Part shown: piece after piece, positions 44,386-54,379 of the stretch | Layout of the letters: every line of letters starts with the position of its first letter | Numbering within the stretch: position 1 is the stretch's first letter | Assembly (NCBI GenBank): GCA_031367325.1 | Contig: JANLPQ010000056.1 | Span: forward strand, 2,743-66,742 | DNA: 64,000 bases | Direction of reading: 5' to 3' | Origin: Polaromonas sp. | Lineage (GTDB): Bacteria; Pseudomonadota; Gammaproteobacteria; Burkholderiales; Burkholderiaceae_C | The notes under the pieces: generated by a model | Database searches by the model: none | What the model was told of the DNA's origin: nothing | What the model saw: only the letters and a program-made list of their open reading frames with translations | Program-made: the position numbers and the translations under genes

Positions 44386-45402
44386 ATGAATGACAACCCA
44401 TCTCCCTCACGCGCAATTACGATCGTGCAAGTTGCTGCAGAGGCCAACGTATCCAAATCCACCGTTTCTTTGGTTCTCAAAGGTAGCCTCTTGATCAAGG
44501 GAGACACTGCCGAGCGGGTTCGCGCTGCCGCCATCAAGCTGGGCTATGTTTACAACCGTCGTGCGGGTGAGCTAAGGGGCAATGCATCGAACGCCATAGG
44601 GGTCATCATCAATGACTTGATGAATCCATTTTTCGCAGAAATTCTGGTGGGTATTGAACGCAAGCTAGTCGAGGCAGGCTATGTGGTTTTGATGGCGCAC
44701 ACCAATGAAAGTGTAGAAATCCAAACGAAAGTTTTGATGTCTATGCGTGAGCAAAATGCAGCCGGAATCCTGTTATGCCCCGCACTCAACACACCACGTA
44801 CATTGCTAAAAGCCATCGAGTCTTGGGGCATTCCACTGGCTGTGTTTGTGCGTAACTTAGGGCCAGGAGATTACGACTTTGCAGGCTCGGATAATGAACT
44901 CGGCGTGTCTTTAGCCACCACACATTTACTCAACGCTGGGCACACCAAAATTGCTTTTTTAGGCGGCCTAAAAGGTGTGGTGCAAACCCAGAGGCTAGCA
45001 GGCTTCAAGGCTGCTTTAGCTAAAAAGTCTATGGCTTTTGATGCTGATTGGGTGCTACCCGCCAAACCCAATCGGCAGGGCGGCTACGACACTATGAGTG
45101 CACTGCTGAGCCAAAAAACAGACGTTACTGCGGCTGTGTGTTACAACGATATCGTCGCATTTGGTGCTCTGTCCGCATTAGGTGAGCGTGGCCTTCGTGC
45201 GGGATCAGACTTTGCATTGATTGGGTTTGACAATGTACTGGACTCAGCCCATTCCAATCCACCGCTGAGCACAGTGGATATTCGACCCAGCGAGCTGGGA
45301 GAGCAATGTGCACAAGTTTTATTGCACCGGATCCGAAATCCCGGCGCAGACCGTCAACTCTATTTGGCTACACCAAGCTTGTTATTGCGGCAAACGGCTT
45401 AA
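44386..45402 (+). CDS. LacI family transcriptional regulator
   Basis: 338 aa with N-terminal HTH VTIVQVAAEANVSKSTVSLVLKG and a periplasmic-binding-protein-like sugar-binding core. Confidence 0.93.
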   Translation: MNDNPSPSRAITIVQVAAEANVSKSTVSLVLKGSLLIKGDTAERVRAAAIKLGYVYNRRAGELRGNASNAIGVIINDLMNPFFAEILVGIERKLVEAGYVVLMAHTNESVEIQTKVLMSMREQNAAGILLCPALNTPRTLLKAIESWGIPLAVFVRNLGPGDYDFAGSDNELGVSLATTHLLNAGHTKIAFLGGLKGVVQTQRLAGFKAALAKKSMAFDADWVLPAKPNRQGGYDTMSALLSQKTDVTAAVCYNDIVAFGALSALGERGLRAGSDFALIGFDNVLDSAHSNPPLSTVDIRPSELGEQCAQVLLHRIRNPGADRQLYLATPSLLLRQTA

Positions 45403-45427
45403 ATAAGCTAAGCGCGGCCGGTAAATA

Positions 45428-45565
45428 GGATTCGAACCACACCTGATCGAAAACACAACATTTCTGCGCCTGTACCCCAGTCTGTAACCTAACTTTTACA
45501 AAAAAACCGAGATCCAATGCCGATGCGGGTGACAGAGGATTTTTCGAAGTGGCCCCAGGCCACCA
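45428..45565 (+). repeat. Direct repeat DR1 (att-like; ends in a decayed tRNA-Phe 3' half)
   Basis: About 138 nt, alignable with 47924-48061. It ends CAGAGGATTTTTCGAAGTGGCCCCAGGCCACCA, and its last 13 nt are identical to tRNA-Phe 28737-28749. Confidence 0.8.
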
Positions 45566-46141
45566 TTTCTTTTTCTCAGACGATCCCATGACAGCCCAGC
45601 AAGTCCTTTTCGCTCCAAGGATTTAGCCTGTAAAAGCTGCTCAAGCGGACCCGTTTGATTCCACAGCCTCCTAAATTTATCCCTAACTTGCACGTTTGCA
45701 ACCGGGGTACTGCTGTGAGTACGGTTTTTGCTCTGTTCTATATTAGGCTTAATAAGTCAACCCACTTCGCTGGAGATTGTCTGCCCGTTTCATATGCAAA
45801 AACCCAGTCTTTTTGTCTATTTTTGCATATGATTTGGGCACGTCTCGGAGTGCCTTTGGCCATACCAGCCATCCGGCGCTTATTCGCATGTGGGATAAGC
45901 GCCAGCGTGGTTATCGGGCGATGGGGTATCGTATTGGATCGACTGTTGTCGACCCCGCAATTGAGTCCGAAATAGAGCTACATTTTTCGGACAAATGAGC
46001 CGCACTCCAAGGAAAGTGTTCTCCGCTTTACTCGAGAGACACTGATTAAATAATGCGTCTAAAGTAATGCATGGATATAATAAAGAGACGAAATTCAATC
46101 TTAACCTTGAATTTGTTTGGCATATGTGCTATTTTGCAAAT

Positions 46142-46900
46142 ATGGATACAACTCCACGATACGCTTTAATCAAAAATCTTCAGATCAGTTTGCCGCGCGG
46201 GATGCCGTTCGACCTGGCCGCTTTGGAGCGTATAGAAGTGTCTGCCCAACTGGCGGCGCACTACGTTGAAAGCGGCTGGCTAGACCGATTGGGTCAAGGC
46301 ATCTATGCGTTTGCCGGTGACACCTTGACAGCGCACGGTGCTGTCAAGTTGCTGCAAACACGCGTCACGGGTTTGCATGTGGGCGGCAAAAGCGCCCTCG
46401 CGCTGCAGGGCGTACGCCACAACCTCGCGAGACAGGAAACACTGGTGCTGTGGGGTGATGCACGCTTCACGCTGCCAGAGTGGTTTACATCGCGATTTCC
46501 ATCGCGGTATGTGGCCGCTCAATTGTTCGGCACGCTAGAAGCAGGGCAGCTTGCTAAAAGTCTGACCACGCCGCCTGGCGTGAGCGATGGTTTGCGCGTC
46601 TCTGTCCCAGAGCGCGCCGTGCTTGAATTGCTGTACGACGTTGGTACACACCAAGGCTTAGAAGAGGCACGTAATCTATTCGATGGCGTGCGCAATCTGC
46701 GCAAAGATGTTTTAGGCGGGTTATTGCAATCTTGCACCAGCGTCAAAACCATCCGCCTGTTTTTGACCTGGGCACGCGAAACCAGCTTGGTCGACGTCGA
46801 GGCCTTGCGGCGCGACTACGTTTTGCCCGTCGGCAGCGAGAAACGATGGATCAGCCGCATGAAAGATGGCCAGCTACTGAGTCTGCAACCCTATGGATAA
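46142..46900 (+). CDS. Type IV toxin-antitoxin system AbiEi family antitoxin
   Basis: ORF from 46067; likely start is MDTTPRYALIKNL (46142). The N-terminal winged-helix pattern ...AAHYVESGWLDRLGQGIYAF fits AbiEi. 8 nt overlap with the downstream AbiEii gene. Confidence 0.75.
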   Translation: MDTTPRYALIKNLQISLPRGMPFDLAALERIEVSAQLAAHYVESGWLDRLGQGIYAFAGDTLTAHGAVKLLQTRVTGLHVGGKSALALQGVRHNLARQETLVLWGDARFTLPEWFTSRFPSRYVAAQLFGTLEAGQLAKSLTTPPGVSDGLRVSVPERAVLELLYDVGTHQGLEEARNLFDGVRNLRKDVLGGLLQSCTSVKTIRLFLTWARETSLVDVEALRRDYVLPVGSEKRWISRMKDGQLLSLQPYG

Positions 46901-47807
46901 AACCTATGCCGATACCGTACGCTTGCTACTGAGCGTAGCGCCCGATGTATTTGCCAACAACATCTTCGCGATGAAAGGCGGTACGGCCATCAACCTGTTT
47001 GTGCAAGACATGCCGCGACTGTCAGTCGATATCGATGTGGTCTACACGCCGTGGCAAACGCCGCGCGAACAAGCCTTGAAAGCCATTAGCGATGAGCTTG
47101 ACGCTATCGCAGCTCAACTGAGCCGATCAGGTCTCAGCACACGCAAGGTTCACTCCAAGGATCTAAGTGAAACCAAACTACTGATCGACAATGCCGACAC
47201 ACAGGTCAAGGTTGAAGTCAATGCGGTTTTTCGAGGCACGGTGCTCCCTGTCGAGCAGCATCCCTTGAGCCCGAAGACCGCCGATCTGTTCAGTGTAGCC
47301 CTAGAACTACCAATTCTGGCACCTGCAGAGTTGTACGGCAGCAAACTGGTCGCTGCAATGGATCGCCAGCATCCTCGTGATTTGTTCGACGTGTTGAAAA
47401 TGTTCGAATCTGGCGGCTTGTCGGATGCAGCCGTGGAATGCTTCGTGACCTACCTGGCTGGACACAACCGACCTATCCACGAGGTGCTGTTCGGCAACGA
47501 AAAAGACATCACTCATGAGTACCATCAGCATTTCGTTGGTATGACCATGGAGTCGGTAGGTCTTGACGTGTTGCTGGAGACACGCACCCGTTTGCGCGAG
47601 GAGCTTGCGCAGCAGCTAACAGAAAAGCATAGGCAGTTCTTGATAGGTTTAGCCCGCGCACAGCCTGATTGGACATTGCTCCAGTGCCCCCATGCGTCGG
47701 AGCTACCCGCACTGCGCTGGAAATTGAATAACTTGCAAACCTTCAGCCAGCGTCGGCCTGCAGACTTTGAGCAGCAAGCATCAACGCTAGAGAGGTTGCT
47801 GGGTTAA
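46893..47807 (+). CDS. Nucleotidyltransferase AbiEii/AbiGii family toxin
   Basis: 304 aa with NTase motifs MKGGTAINLF and LSVDIDVVY, typical of AbiEii. Confidence 0.85.
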   Translation: MDKTYADTVRLLLSVAPDVFANNIFAMKGGTAINLFVQDMPRLSVDIDVVYTPWQTPREQALKAISDELDAIAAQLSRSGLSTRKVHSKDLSETKLLIDNADTQVKVEVNAVFRGTVLPVEQHPLSPKTADLFSVALELPILAPAELYGSKLVAAMDRQHPRDLFDVLKMFESGGLSDAAVECFVTYLAGHNRPIHEVLFGNEKDITHEYHQHFVGMTMESVGLDVLLETRTRLREELAQQLTEKHRQFLIGLARAQPDWTLLQCPHASELPALRWKLNNLQTFSQRRPADFEQQASTLERLLG

Positions 47808-47923
47808 GTTACGGTCAGCTGATCGAAGTCGCTCTTTAACTTGGCCAATTACCATCGTTTCGAAAGCGTGTTTTTCCGTGCAATGATGGATTCAGTCACT
47901 GGTTCAAACTGCTTGTGGTCTAT

Positions 47924-48061
47924 GTTTCGAGTCCACTTCTCGCTGTAAAAACAACGACTGAAGGGTTGTACCCCAGCCTGTACCCCAACTTTTACAAAAA
48001 AGTTGAAACCTAGCGCTGGTGGGGCTTCCCAAGGATTTTGCGAAGTGGCCCCAGGCCACCA
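47924..48061 (+). repeat. Direct repeat DR2 (att-like; ends in a decayed tRNA-Phe 3' half)
   Basis: Alignable with DR1. Contains TGTACCCCA-GCC-TGTACCCCA and ends AAGGATTTTGCGAAGTGGCCCCAGGCCACCA. Confidence 0.8.
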
Positions 48062-48070
48062 AATGCAAAA

Positions 48071-48096
48071 GGGCCGTCTTTCGACGGCCCTTTTTT
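48071..48096. terminator. Bidirectional Rho-independent terminator (ompW / island end)
   Basis: GGGCCGTC-TTTC-GACGGCCC hairpin flanked by A4 and T6. Confidence 0.85.
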
Positions 48097-48115
48097 ATGC
48101 GCGTTTTAAAAGTGC

Positions 48116-48781
48116 TTAAAACTTATAGCCAACCGCGATACTAAAAGCATTTGGATTAAGTTTTATGTCTTGCTTTTGACCCGTAGAGAAAGTAGTTTTC
48201 GCGGTGATAAAAGTTTTGGTGTAGTGCGCGTTGACAAACCACTGTTCGTTGATGTTGAAAATAGCGCCCAGCTGAATCACTGGTGCAATTCTGGATTCAA
48301 CAGACAGGGTGACTGGCGTACCACCCGGGTTTGTCAAAGCGGTCAGGGCTGCACTACCGGTTTCTTTATAAAATTTAACGTACGCTAAGCCACCACCCAA
48401 GTAGGGGCGAAACACTGCATTTGCATCAGCAAAACGGTACTGTCCTAGCAAGGTAATCGGCAAAGCCCGTACCTCGGCTATCTTGCCAAAGCCATCTGCA
48501 CGGCCCGCGCCGGTAATATTGTGCTTAAAGCCCAAGCCTAGAGGCACGTTAAGCGCGATATTGTCGGTCACCATGTAGTTTGCAGCACCGCTTAGCGCCG
48601 TATCGCTGGAAACGTCGGCCTTGGTGTTGGGAAATGCTGGTGCGCTTAAGTCACCGCTGCTGACCTGAGGCGATAGTTTGGTAACTCCCACCTCCAAAGA
48701 AATGGTGCCAGCTTTTTGTGCTGAAGCGCCGCCTGCGGCAAGTGCCAAAGCAACCGCTAGGCTGATGTGTGTGATTTTCAT
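48116..48781 (-). CDS. ompW: OmpW family outer membrane protein
   Basis: 221 aa with signal peptide MKITHISLAVALALAAGGASA, beta-strand alternation and C-terminal ...AVGYKF. Confidence 0.88.
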   Translation of the reverse strand: MKITHISLAVALALAAGGASAQKAGTISLEVGVTKLSPQVSSGDLSAPAFPNTKADVSSDTALSGAANYMVTDNIALNVPLGLGFKHNITGAGRADGFGKIAEVRALPITLLGQYRFADANAVFRPYLGGGLAYVKFYKETGSAALTALTNPGGTPVTLSVESRIAPVIQLGAIFNINEQWFVNAHYTKTFITAKTTFSTGQKQDIKLNPNAFSIAVGYKF

Positions 48782-48820
48782 ATTAGTATTCCTTAGATTG
48801 TGTACGCTGGGGTTTGGGTA

Positions 48821-49906
48821 TTACAGCAAACCTGCCTTGATCATTTCAGACAGCACGAACTTTGCCAGCAGCTCGTAGCCGTAAGGAGTAGGGTGAACGC
48901 CGTCGGCGTACTGGTAACGAGATACGTCGCCGGGAATGAGGGTGGTACTGTTGCAAAATAGCGAGCCTGTAGTGCCGCAGGCTTTATCGGTCACATTAGT
49001 CAAACCATAGGGCCCGGGGTTTGTGGCCTGGGTAGTACTCTCGGTATAAGCGTCTGCCAGCACTACACCCGGTACACCTGCCAAACCTTGTTTTAGCTGG
49101 TCGTTAAAAACCGTATTCAACTGGTTTGTAAAAGCTTGCCCCGCAGCGCCTGACGCTATGGAGTCAGGGGTTTTGCTGACGTTAGGCAGGTTCACTACCA
49201 CCACGTTTTTAGCGCCCTTACCTACTACCAAAGCTTTGACGTATCCAGCCAGTTCAGCACCAGCAGTTCCCATGGCTAGCCCTGCAGCATTGCCGGCGGT
49301 GGCTTGCGCAGCGGCTGGCGTCTGGCCAGAGCCTATCAGTGCGGCCACAGTGGCTTGGAAAACAGCAGCTTGAATGAATAAATCGTTGCCACCAGCCAGC
49401 ACCGTGACTAATTCTTTGCCAGTGTAAGCACCGCCTACTTTTGCTAGGTGGGCCAACATTTGTTCTTTAACAGGGACAGTCAGTTGACCTAAAACAGCGT
49501 TTTGACCACCTAACAATTTATTACCAGGGCCAGGCTGCAAAGTTACCCGTGAGCCGCCTTGTGCATAGCTAAAGCAATTGGCTATATTGGTTACTGGCAC
49601 TGAAAAGCCTTGCGATGCTAAGCCATCTAAGCCTGTTTGGGCAGCACACGGTGCAGGCAAAGCATATGCTTTGGCGACCACAGCTGTCCAGTTCAGCGCG
49701 GTGTCGCTATTAACGGTGTACTGGCCGCCTTTTAGGGCCGCGACAGTACCTACTTTGTAAGAGCCCACATCACTCAAGCTATCGCCAAAATTCACAAAGC
49801 CGGTAAAGCTGGCTTTGGTGGTTTGGTCGCCTGCGCCGCCACCGCCACAACCCGCCAAGACTAAAGCTGCGCCCAAGGCGCTGAGTGCGTATTTCCATGT
49901 TTTCAT
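48821..49906 (-). CDS. SGNH/GDSL hydrolase family lipoprotein
   Basis: ORF to 49939; likely start is MKTWKYALSALGAALVLAGC (lipobox). GDSL block FGDSLSD, and a C-terminal DGVHPT block. Confidence 0.85.
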   Translation of the reverse strand: MKTWKYALSALGAALVLAGCGGGGAGDQTTKASFTGFVNFGDSLSDVGSYKVGTVAALKGGQYTVNSDTALNWTAVVAKAYALPAPCAAQTGLDGLASQGFSVPVTNIANCFSYAQGGSRVTLQPGPGNKLLGGQNAVLGQLTVPVKEQMLAHLAKVGGAYTGKELVTVLAGGNDLFIQAAVFQATVAALIGSGQTPAAAQATAGNAAGLAMGTAGAELAGYVKALVVGKGAKNVVVVNLPNVSKTPDSIASGAAGQAFTNQLNTVFNDQLKQGLAGVPGVVLADAYTESTTQATNPGPYGLTNVTDKACGTTGSLFCNSTTLIPGDVSRYQYADGVHPTPYGYELLAKFVLSEMIKAGLL

Positions 49907-50080
49907 CGAGGTATCTCCAAATAATATTAAAACTGCCAAACCAGATGTGGCTCAGAAAAGAACGGTCGTACTATTCTGTAAGGGAATGTTAAGCTAAACC
50001 CCACTGCCAACGCAGCGGGTAAATACTAGGCTGGGCTAGGGCTAGGGGTCTAAGTGCAGGGTAAAAAGCTTGAGACATTT

Positions 50081-50130
50081 AGCTATTAATTAAATAGCTG
50101 CTTGAGCAGGTTCTACGGCCTGCAAGGCAG
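50081..50130 (+). repeat. Dual-palindrome intergenic repeat, copy E (most complete)
   Basis: AGCTATTAATTAAATAGCTGCTTGAGCAGGTTCTACGGCCTGCAAGGCAG. Confidence 0.88.
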
Positions 50131-50199
50131 ATTACCCGTATAAAAATACCCTGAATTTAAATGCGATTTAAGTACAGTGATTTAGCTTGATTACATCTT

Positions 50200-51762
50200 T
50201 CATGGGGTGTCTTTAATCGTCCACTCCACCAGCTTGTCCAGCGCGCTGCGGGCGGCTGGGGCGTTGGGGTGGTTGATGATGGCGACGACGCAGTAGCGTT
50301 GGCCAGACAGGCCTGTGGCGTAGCCTGCTACGGCTACCACATCGCGCAGGGTGCCGGTTTTCAGCTGGGCGTTGCCTAGGGCGATGGATTCGGCGTTGCG
50401 GTCTTTCATGCGCTGCACGGTGCCGTCTACACCAGCCAAGCCTAGCGAGCTGGCAAACACGGCGGCCTGCGGGCTGGCGGCGGCGTGTTGCAGCAGCGCG
50501 GTAAGCGACGCGACGCTGGTGCGCTCTTTGCGCGACAGGCCTGAGCCATTCTCGATCAGCGGCGCGGCAACACCGGGCAGGGTTTTCTTCCACCAATTGG
50601 CCACAAAGCGTTGCGACGCCTCAAAACTGGCGCGCTTGCCTTGGGCCGACAGGGTTAAAAACACCTGCTGCGCCATGACGTTGTTAGAAAATTTGTTGAT
50701 GTCGGCAATGATGTCAGCCAGCGGCAGCGATTCAGCGTTAAACAGCACTTTGGTGGTGCGCGGGCTGGCGTCTTCGCGCACGGTGCCCGTCAGTGTGCCG
50801 CCCGAGGCCAACCACATGGCCTGGATGACGCGGGCGGCGTAGGCGCGCGGCTCGCTGTAGGCCACAGGCCACACTTTTTCGCCGCAGGCGGCGCTGTAGC
50901 GGCCCGCAAAGCTGACTTTGGTGGGGGTGAAAAAGTCAGCTTTTAAATTGGCTTTCCAGTCGCCACAGTTGCCGTTGGCAAGGGGCAGCTCGGTGGGGAT
51001 GTCTACGCCAGCAATGGGCGGCTCGTACTTGACCAGCACACGCTGGTTAGCCAGATCGGGGGTGAAGGTAAAGATCAGCGATTTAAAGTTGACCAGCAGG
51101 CCGTCGGGCGCGGCGTTGTAGGGGCGCAAAGGCTCGTCGTCAAAGTCGGCGGGGTTTTTGTCGGGCACATTAAAAATGCTGCGGTCCAAAATAATGTCGC
51201 CGCGAATCTCGCGGATGCCTTTGGCCTGCACTTTGGCAAACAGGGCCTGCAGGCGCTCTAGCACCAGCTTGGGGTCGCCGCTGCCCCGCACCACCAAGTT
51301 ACCCTCCAGTATGTTGCCCGCTACGATGATGCCGTCAATGCCGATGCGGTTCTTCCAGGTGTAGTCAGCACCCAGCGTGTTCAGTGCGGTGTAGGTGGTG
51401 ACTAGCTTCATCACCGAGGCGGGGTTTTGGCGGGCGTCTTCGCGGTGGGTTAAACGGTATGCCGCTGGACTGGTGGGCTGTGGCGCTGCGCTGGGGTCTG
51501 CAGCCGTGGCCGAATTCGTTGCGGAAGTTGCCACCAAGCTCACAGATTTTGCGCTGCCTGCCTCTGGTGCCTGCACGGCTTGTACCATCACGCTCATGGC
51601 GTCGCGCGGCACTCCAGCGCGGGCCAGTGCGGCTAGCACGTCGGCGGGCAAAGCCCCTGCGGCCTGACTGCCCAGCGCACACAGCAGCAGGCTGCTGGCC
51701 AGCACGCTATGGCGTATGGCCACAACTGGGGTCGTCAGGGTGCGAAGCGGATAAAAATGCAT
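50200..51762 (-). CDS. dacB: D-alanyl-D-alanine carboxypeptidase/endopeptidase (PBP4)
   Basis: 520 aa with a signal peptide and SxxK motif PASVMKLVT. PBP4 family length and layout. Confidence 0.88.
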   Translation of the reverse strand: MHFYPLRTLTTPVVAIRHSVLASSLLLCALGSQAAGALPADVLAALARAGVPRDAMSVMVQAVQAPEAGSAKSVSLVATSATNSATAADPSAAPQPTSPAAYRLTHREDARQNPASVMKLVTTYTALNTLGADYTWKNRIGIDGIIVAGNILEGNLVVRGSGDPKLVLERLQALFAKVQAKGIREIRGDIILDRSIFNVPDKNPADFDDEPLRPYNAAPDGLLVNFKSLIFTFTPDLANQRVLVKYEPPIAGVDIPTELPLANGNCGDWKANLKADFFTPTKVSFAGRYSAACGEKVWPVAYSEPRAYAARVIQAMWLASGGTLTGTVREDASPRTTKVLFNAESLPLADIIADINKFSNNVMAQQVFLTLSAQGKRASFEASQRFVANWWKKTLPGVAAPLIENGSGLSRKERTSVASLTALLQHAAASPQAAVFASSLGLAGVDGTVQRMKDRNAESIALGNAQLKTGTLRDVVAVAGYATGLSGQRYCVVAIINHPNAPAARSALDKLVEWTIKDTP

Positions 51763-51875
51763 AGCCCGATTATCACTGCCAACTGGTGGCGTGCCAGGCT
51801 ACTTTGCTGGTTGCGCCGCACTGTTTATATTGCGCATGAAATTCTAGTTTTCAAATTTAACGCTACGATCAACCC

Positions 51876-52301
51876 ATGACCATCTGGACACAACCCATCA
51901 GCACCGACCTGCTTAACCGCCTGCACGACAAAACGGCCGTGGCGCACCTAGGCATTGAATTTACCGAAGTGGGCGACGATTTCATCACCGCCCGTATTGC
52001 GGTGAATGAGCACACCCGCCAGCCATTTGGCCTGCTGCACGGCGGTGTTAGCGTGGTGCTGGCCGAAACCTTGGGCTCGTGTGGCGCTAACTATTGCTGC
52101 CCGCCCGGTTACCGCGCCGTGGGCTTGGACATCAACGCCAACCACCTGCGCGGCGCCACCAGCGGCTACGTCACGGGCACTACACGGCCTGTGCACATTG
52201 GGCGCACGACACAGGTATGGCAGATTGACCTGTTCAACGATGCCGGGCAAATGACTTGCGCTAGCCGCATCACTATGGCGGTGCTGGCTATCAAGAGCTA
52301 G
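51876..52301 (+). CDS. Hotdog-fold thioesterase (PaaI family)
   Basis: 141 aa. The core LLHGGVSVVLAETLGS is typical of PaaI/YigI-type thioesterases. Confidence 0.85.
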   Translation: MTIWTQPISTDLLNRLHDKTAVAHLGIEFTEVGDDFITARIAVNEHTRQPFGLLHGGVSVVLAETLGSCGANYCCPPGYRAVGLDINANHLRGATSGYVTGTTRPVHIGRTTQVWQIDLFNDAGQMTCASRITMAVLAIKS

Positions 52302-52303
52302 AC

Positions 52304-52360
52304 GCTATTAATTAAATAGCTGCTTGAGCAGGTTTTACTTGGGTTACAGGCCTAAAAGCA
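52304..52360 (+). repeat. Dual-palindrome intergenic repeat, copy F (long-tail subtype)
   Basis: GCTATTAATTAAATAGCTGCTTGAGCAGGTTTTACTTGGGTTACAGGCCTAAAAGCA, between the convergent thioesterase and fur genes. Confidence 0.88.
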
Positions 52361-52390
52361 TACAAATTGATGCCCGCAGCGACTGTTTTA

Positions 52391-52825
52391 CTATCTGCGT
52401 ACCGTCCGATAGCTGCAATTGTCTTTAGTGCAGTGGGCATACAAACTTAGCGCATGGTCGGCAATGGCAAAGCCTTTGGTTTTGGCTACTAAGTGCTGGC
52501 GCGCTTCAATCTCAGCGTCATAAAACTCTTCTACCCGGCCGCAGTCCAGGCACACCAAATGGTCGTGGTGCTGCCCTTCGTTCAGCTCGTACATTGCCTT
52601 GCCTTGCTCAAAATGGTTGCGGCTCAAAATACCGGCTTGCTCAAACTGGGTGAGCACGCGGTACACCGTAGCTAGGCCAATGTCGGTGCGCTCTTGTAAC
52701 AGGATACGAAACACGTCCTCGGCTGTCATGTGCCGCTGCGCGCTGGTTTGAAAAATCTCCATAATCTTCAGGCGCGGCAAAGTGGCTTTAAGTCCGGTGC
52801 TTTTAAGTTCATCAATATTAGACAT
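52391..52825 (-). CDS. fur: Ferric uptake regulator
   Basis: 144 aa with [26 protein letters not shown] and a C-terminal Cys pair. Confidence 0.95.
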   Translation of the reverse strand: MSNIDELKSTGLKATLPRLKIMEIFQTSAQRHMTAEDVFRILLQERTDIGLATVYRVLTQFEQAGILSRNHFEQGKAMYELNEGQHHDHLVCLDCGRVEEFYDAEIEARQHLVAKTKGFAIADHALSLYAHCTKDNCSYRTVRR

Positions 52826-52942
52826 AGATCGCCTTCAATGGTCATCGTGCAGCGCACGCTACAATGGATTTATCATAACCTCCTACGCTGGGCGCAGCAG
52901 CCCGGCATGCTTGCCATGTCAGTGTTTTCTTCTCGATCGCCA

Positions 52943-53509
52943 ATGACCCAGAATGTGTCGACAAGTGCGCTGCGGCGTGTACCGTGCAGCGCGTTGGCCA
53001 CTGCCGTGCTGGGTGCGCTTAGTGCTTGCGGCAGCTTCAACAGCGCCAGCAACGGCTTGGCGACTGCCATCACCCCCTACAAAGTCGAGGTAGTGCAAGG
53101 CAACTTTGTGTCCAAAGAGCAAGTGGATGCCTTGCGCCCCGGTATGGCGCGTGCGCGGGTGCGTGACATTTTGGGCTCGCCCTTAGTCACTAGCGCCTTT
53201 CGCGAAGACCGCTGGGACTATGTTTTTACCATTCGCCGTCAGGGGATAGAGTCGCAAAGCCGCAAGCTGGCTGTGTACTTTAAAGGTGACGAGTTTGACA
53301 AAGCCGAAGGTGACGAGATGCCGTCGGAGGCCGACTTTGTGGCCACGCTAGACAATAAGCGCGCGCTGGGCAAAGTGCCTAATTTAGAAGCCAACGAAGC
53401 CCAGCTAGAAAAATCAAAAAGCAACGCTCCTAGCAGCCCACCTGACACTGCCAACACACTGCCTGCCGCCCCCACCAGCTACCCGCCGCTAGAGCCTGCG
53501 GCACGCTAA
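52943..53509 (+). CDS. bamE: Outer membrane protein assembly factor BamE (SmpA/OmlA)
   Basis: ORF opens at 52730, overlapping fur. Plausible starts are 52907, 52916 and 52943. Lipobox LSAC, then [23 protein letters not shown], which is typical of BamE. Pro-rich tail. Confidence 0.82.
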   Translation: MTQNVSTSALRRVPCSALATAVLGALSACGSFNSASNGLATAITPYKVEVVQGNFVSKEQVDALRPGMARARVRDILGSPLVTSAFREDRWDYVFTIRRQGIESQSRKLAVYFKGDEFDKAEGDEMPSEADFVATLDNKRALGKVPNLEANEAQLEKSKSNAPSSPPDTANTLPAAPTSYPPLEPAAR

Positions 53510-53528
53510 GCAGACCGCGCACCACACT

Positions 53529-54332
53529 ATGCAACACGCCATTTGTATTGCCGGGGCCAGTGGCCGCATGGGCCGCATGCTGATCGAAGCCGTGCACCAA
53601 GCCGACGACTGCACCGTATCGGGCGCGCTGGATGTGCCGGGCAGCGCTGGCATTGGGCTAGATGCCAGTGGATTTTTAGGCCACGCCAGCGGCATCACCA
53701 TCACGTCGAACACCGCCTTTGGGTTGAAAGGCAGCCAAGCGCTGATCGACTTTACCCGCCCCGAGGGCACCATGGCGCACCTAGCACTGTGCCGCGAGAT
53801 GGGTGTCAACATGGTGATTGGCACCACGGGTTTTAGCGACGCGCAAAAGGCCGAGATTCAATCGGCCAGCCAAGACATAGCCATCATGCTAGCGCCCAAT
53901 ATGAGCGTGGGCGTTAACGTCACGCTCAAGCTGCTGGAAATGGCCGCCAAAGCCATGAGCGAGGGTTACGACATTGAAGTGATCGAGGCGCACCACCGCC
54001 ACAAGGTAGACGCCCCCAGCGGCACCGCGCTCAAAATGGGCGAGGTGATGGCCCACGCCATGGGCCGCGATTTAAAGCAATGCGCCGTCTACACCCGCCA
54101 GGGCCACACCGGCGAGCGTGACCCGTCTAGCATTGGCTTTGCCACCATTCGCGGTGGCGACATTGTGGGCGACCACACCGTGCTGTTTGCAGGTATTGGC
54201 GAGCGCATTGAAATTACCCACAAATCGTCCAGCCGCAGCACCTACGCGCAGGGCGCGTTGCGTGCCGTGCGCTTTGTAGCGGGGCGCAAGAGCGGGTTGT
54301 TTGACATGTTTGACGTGCTCAATCTACGCTAA
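53529..54332 (+). CDS. dapB: 4-hydroxy-tetrahydrodipicolinate reductase
   Basis: 267 aa with [24 protein letters not shown] and [13 protein letters not shown]. Confidence 0.96.
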   Translation: MQHAICIAGASGRMGRMLIEAVHQADDCTVSGALDVPGSAGIGLDASGFLGHASGITITSNTAFGLKGSQALIDFTRPEGTMAHLALCREMGVNMVIGTTGFSDAQKAEIQSASQDIAIMLAPNMSVGVNVTLKLLEMAAKAMSEGYDIEVIEAHHRHKVDAPSGTALKMGEVMAHAMGRDLKQCAVYTRQGHTGERDPSSIGFATIRGGDIVGDHTVLFAGIGERIEITHKSSSRSTYAQGALRAVRFVAGRKSGLFDMFDVLNLR

Positions 54333-54379
54333 TGTTCTGCGCTAATTTATTGGCTTAATTTTTACCACTATTTCACACC

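Larger units (their letters stand above)
45566..48061. mobile_element. Putative 2.5 kb integrase-less element 2 carrying AbiEi/AbiEii
   Basis: Flanked by DR1 and DR2. Its left flank after the core resembles the left flank of island 1 after the tRNA. Confidence 0.5.

Noticed and set aside
45421-45480. Possible minus-strand tRNA fragment (GGATTCGAACC, the reverse complement of a T-loop)
   Set aside because: The flanking bases do not form a T-stem, acceptor or anticodon arm. I treat it as part of the att-like repeat DR1, not as a gene.
45496-46098. ORFs 45496..45693(-), 45655..45975(+), 45777..45998(+) and 45880..46098(-) in the junction between the two elements
   Set aside because: They overlap one another, lack RBSs and show no resemblance to integrase, excisionase or other families that I could see. 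They may be pseudogene debris, which is unprovable without a search.
52862-52880. Fur-box-like string CAATGGATTTATCATAACC in the fur/bamE intergenic region, and A/T-rich TAATTTATTGGCTTAATTT upstream of exbB (about 54342-54362)
   Set aside because: Only about 10 of 19 positions match the classical GATAATGATAATCATTATC consensus. That is too weak to call.
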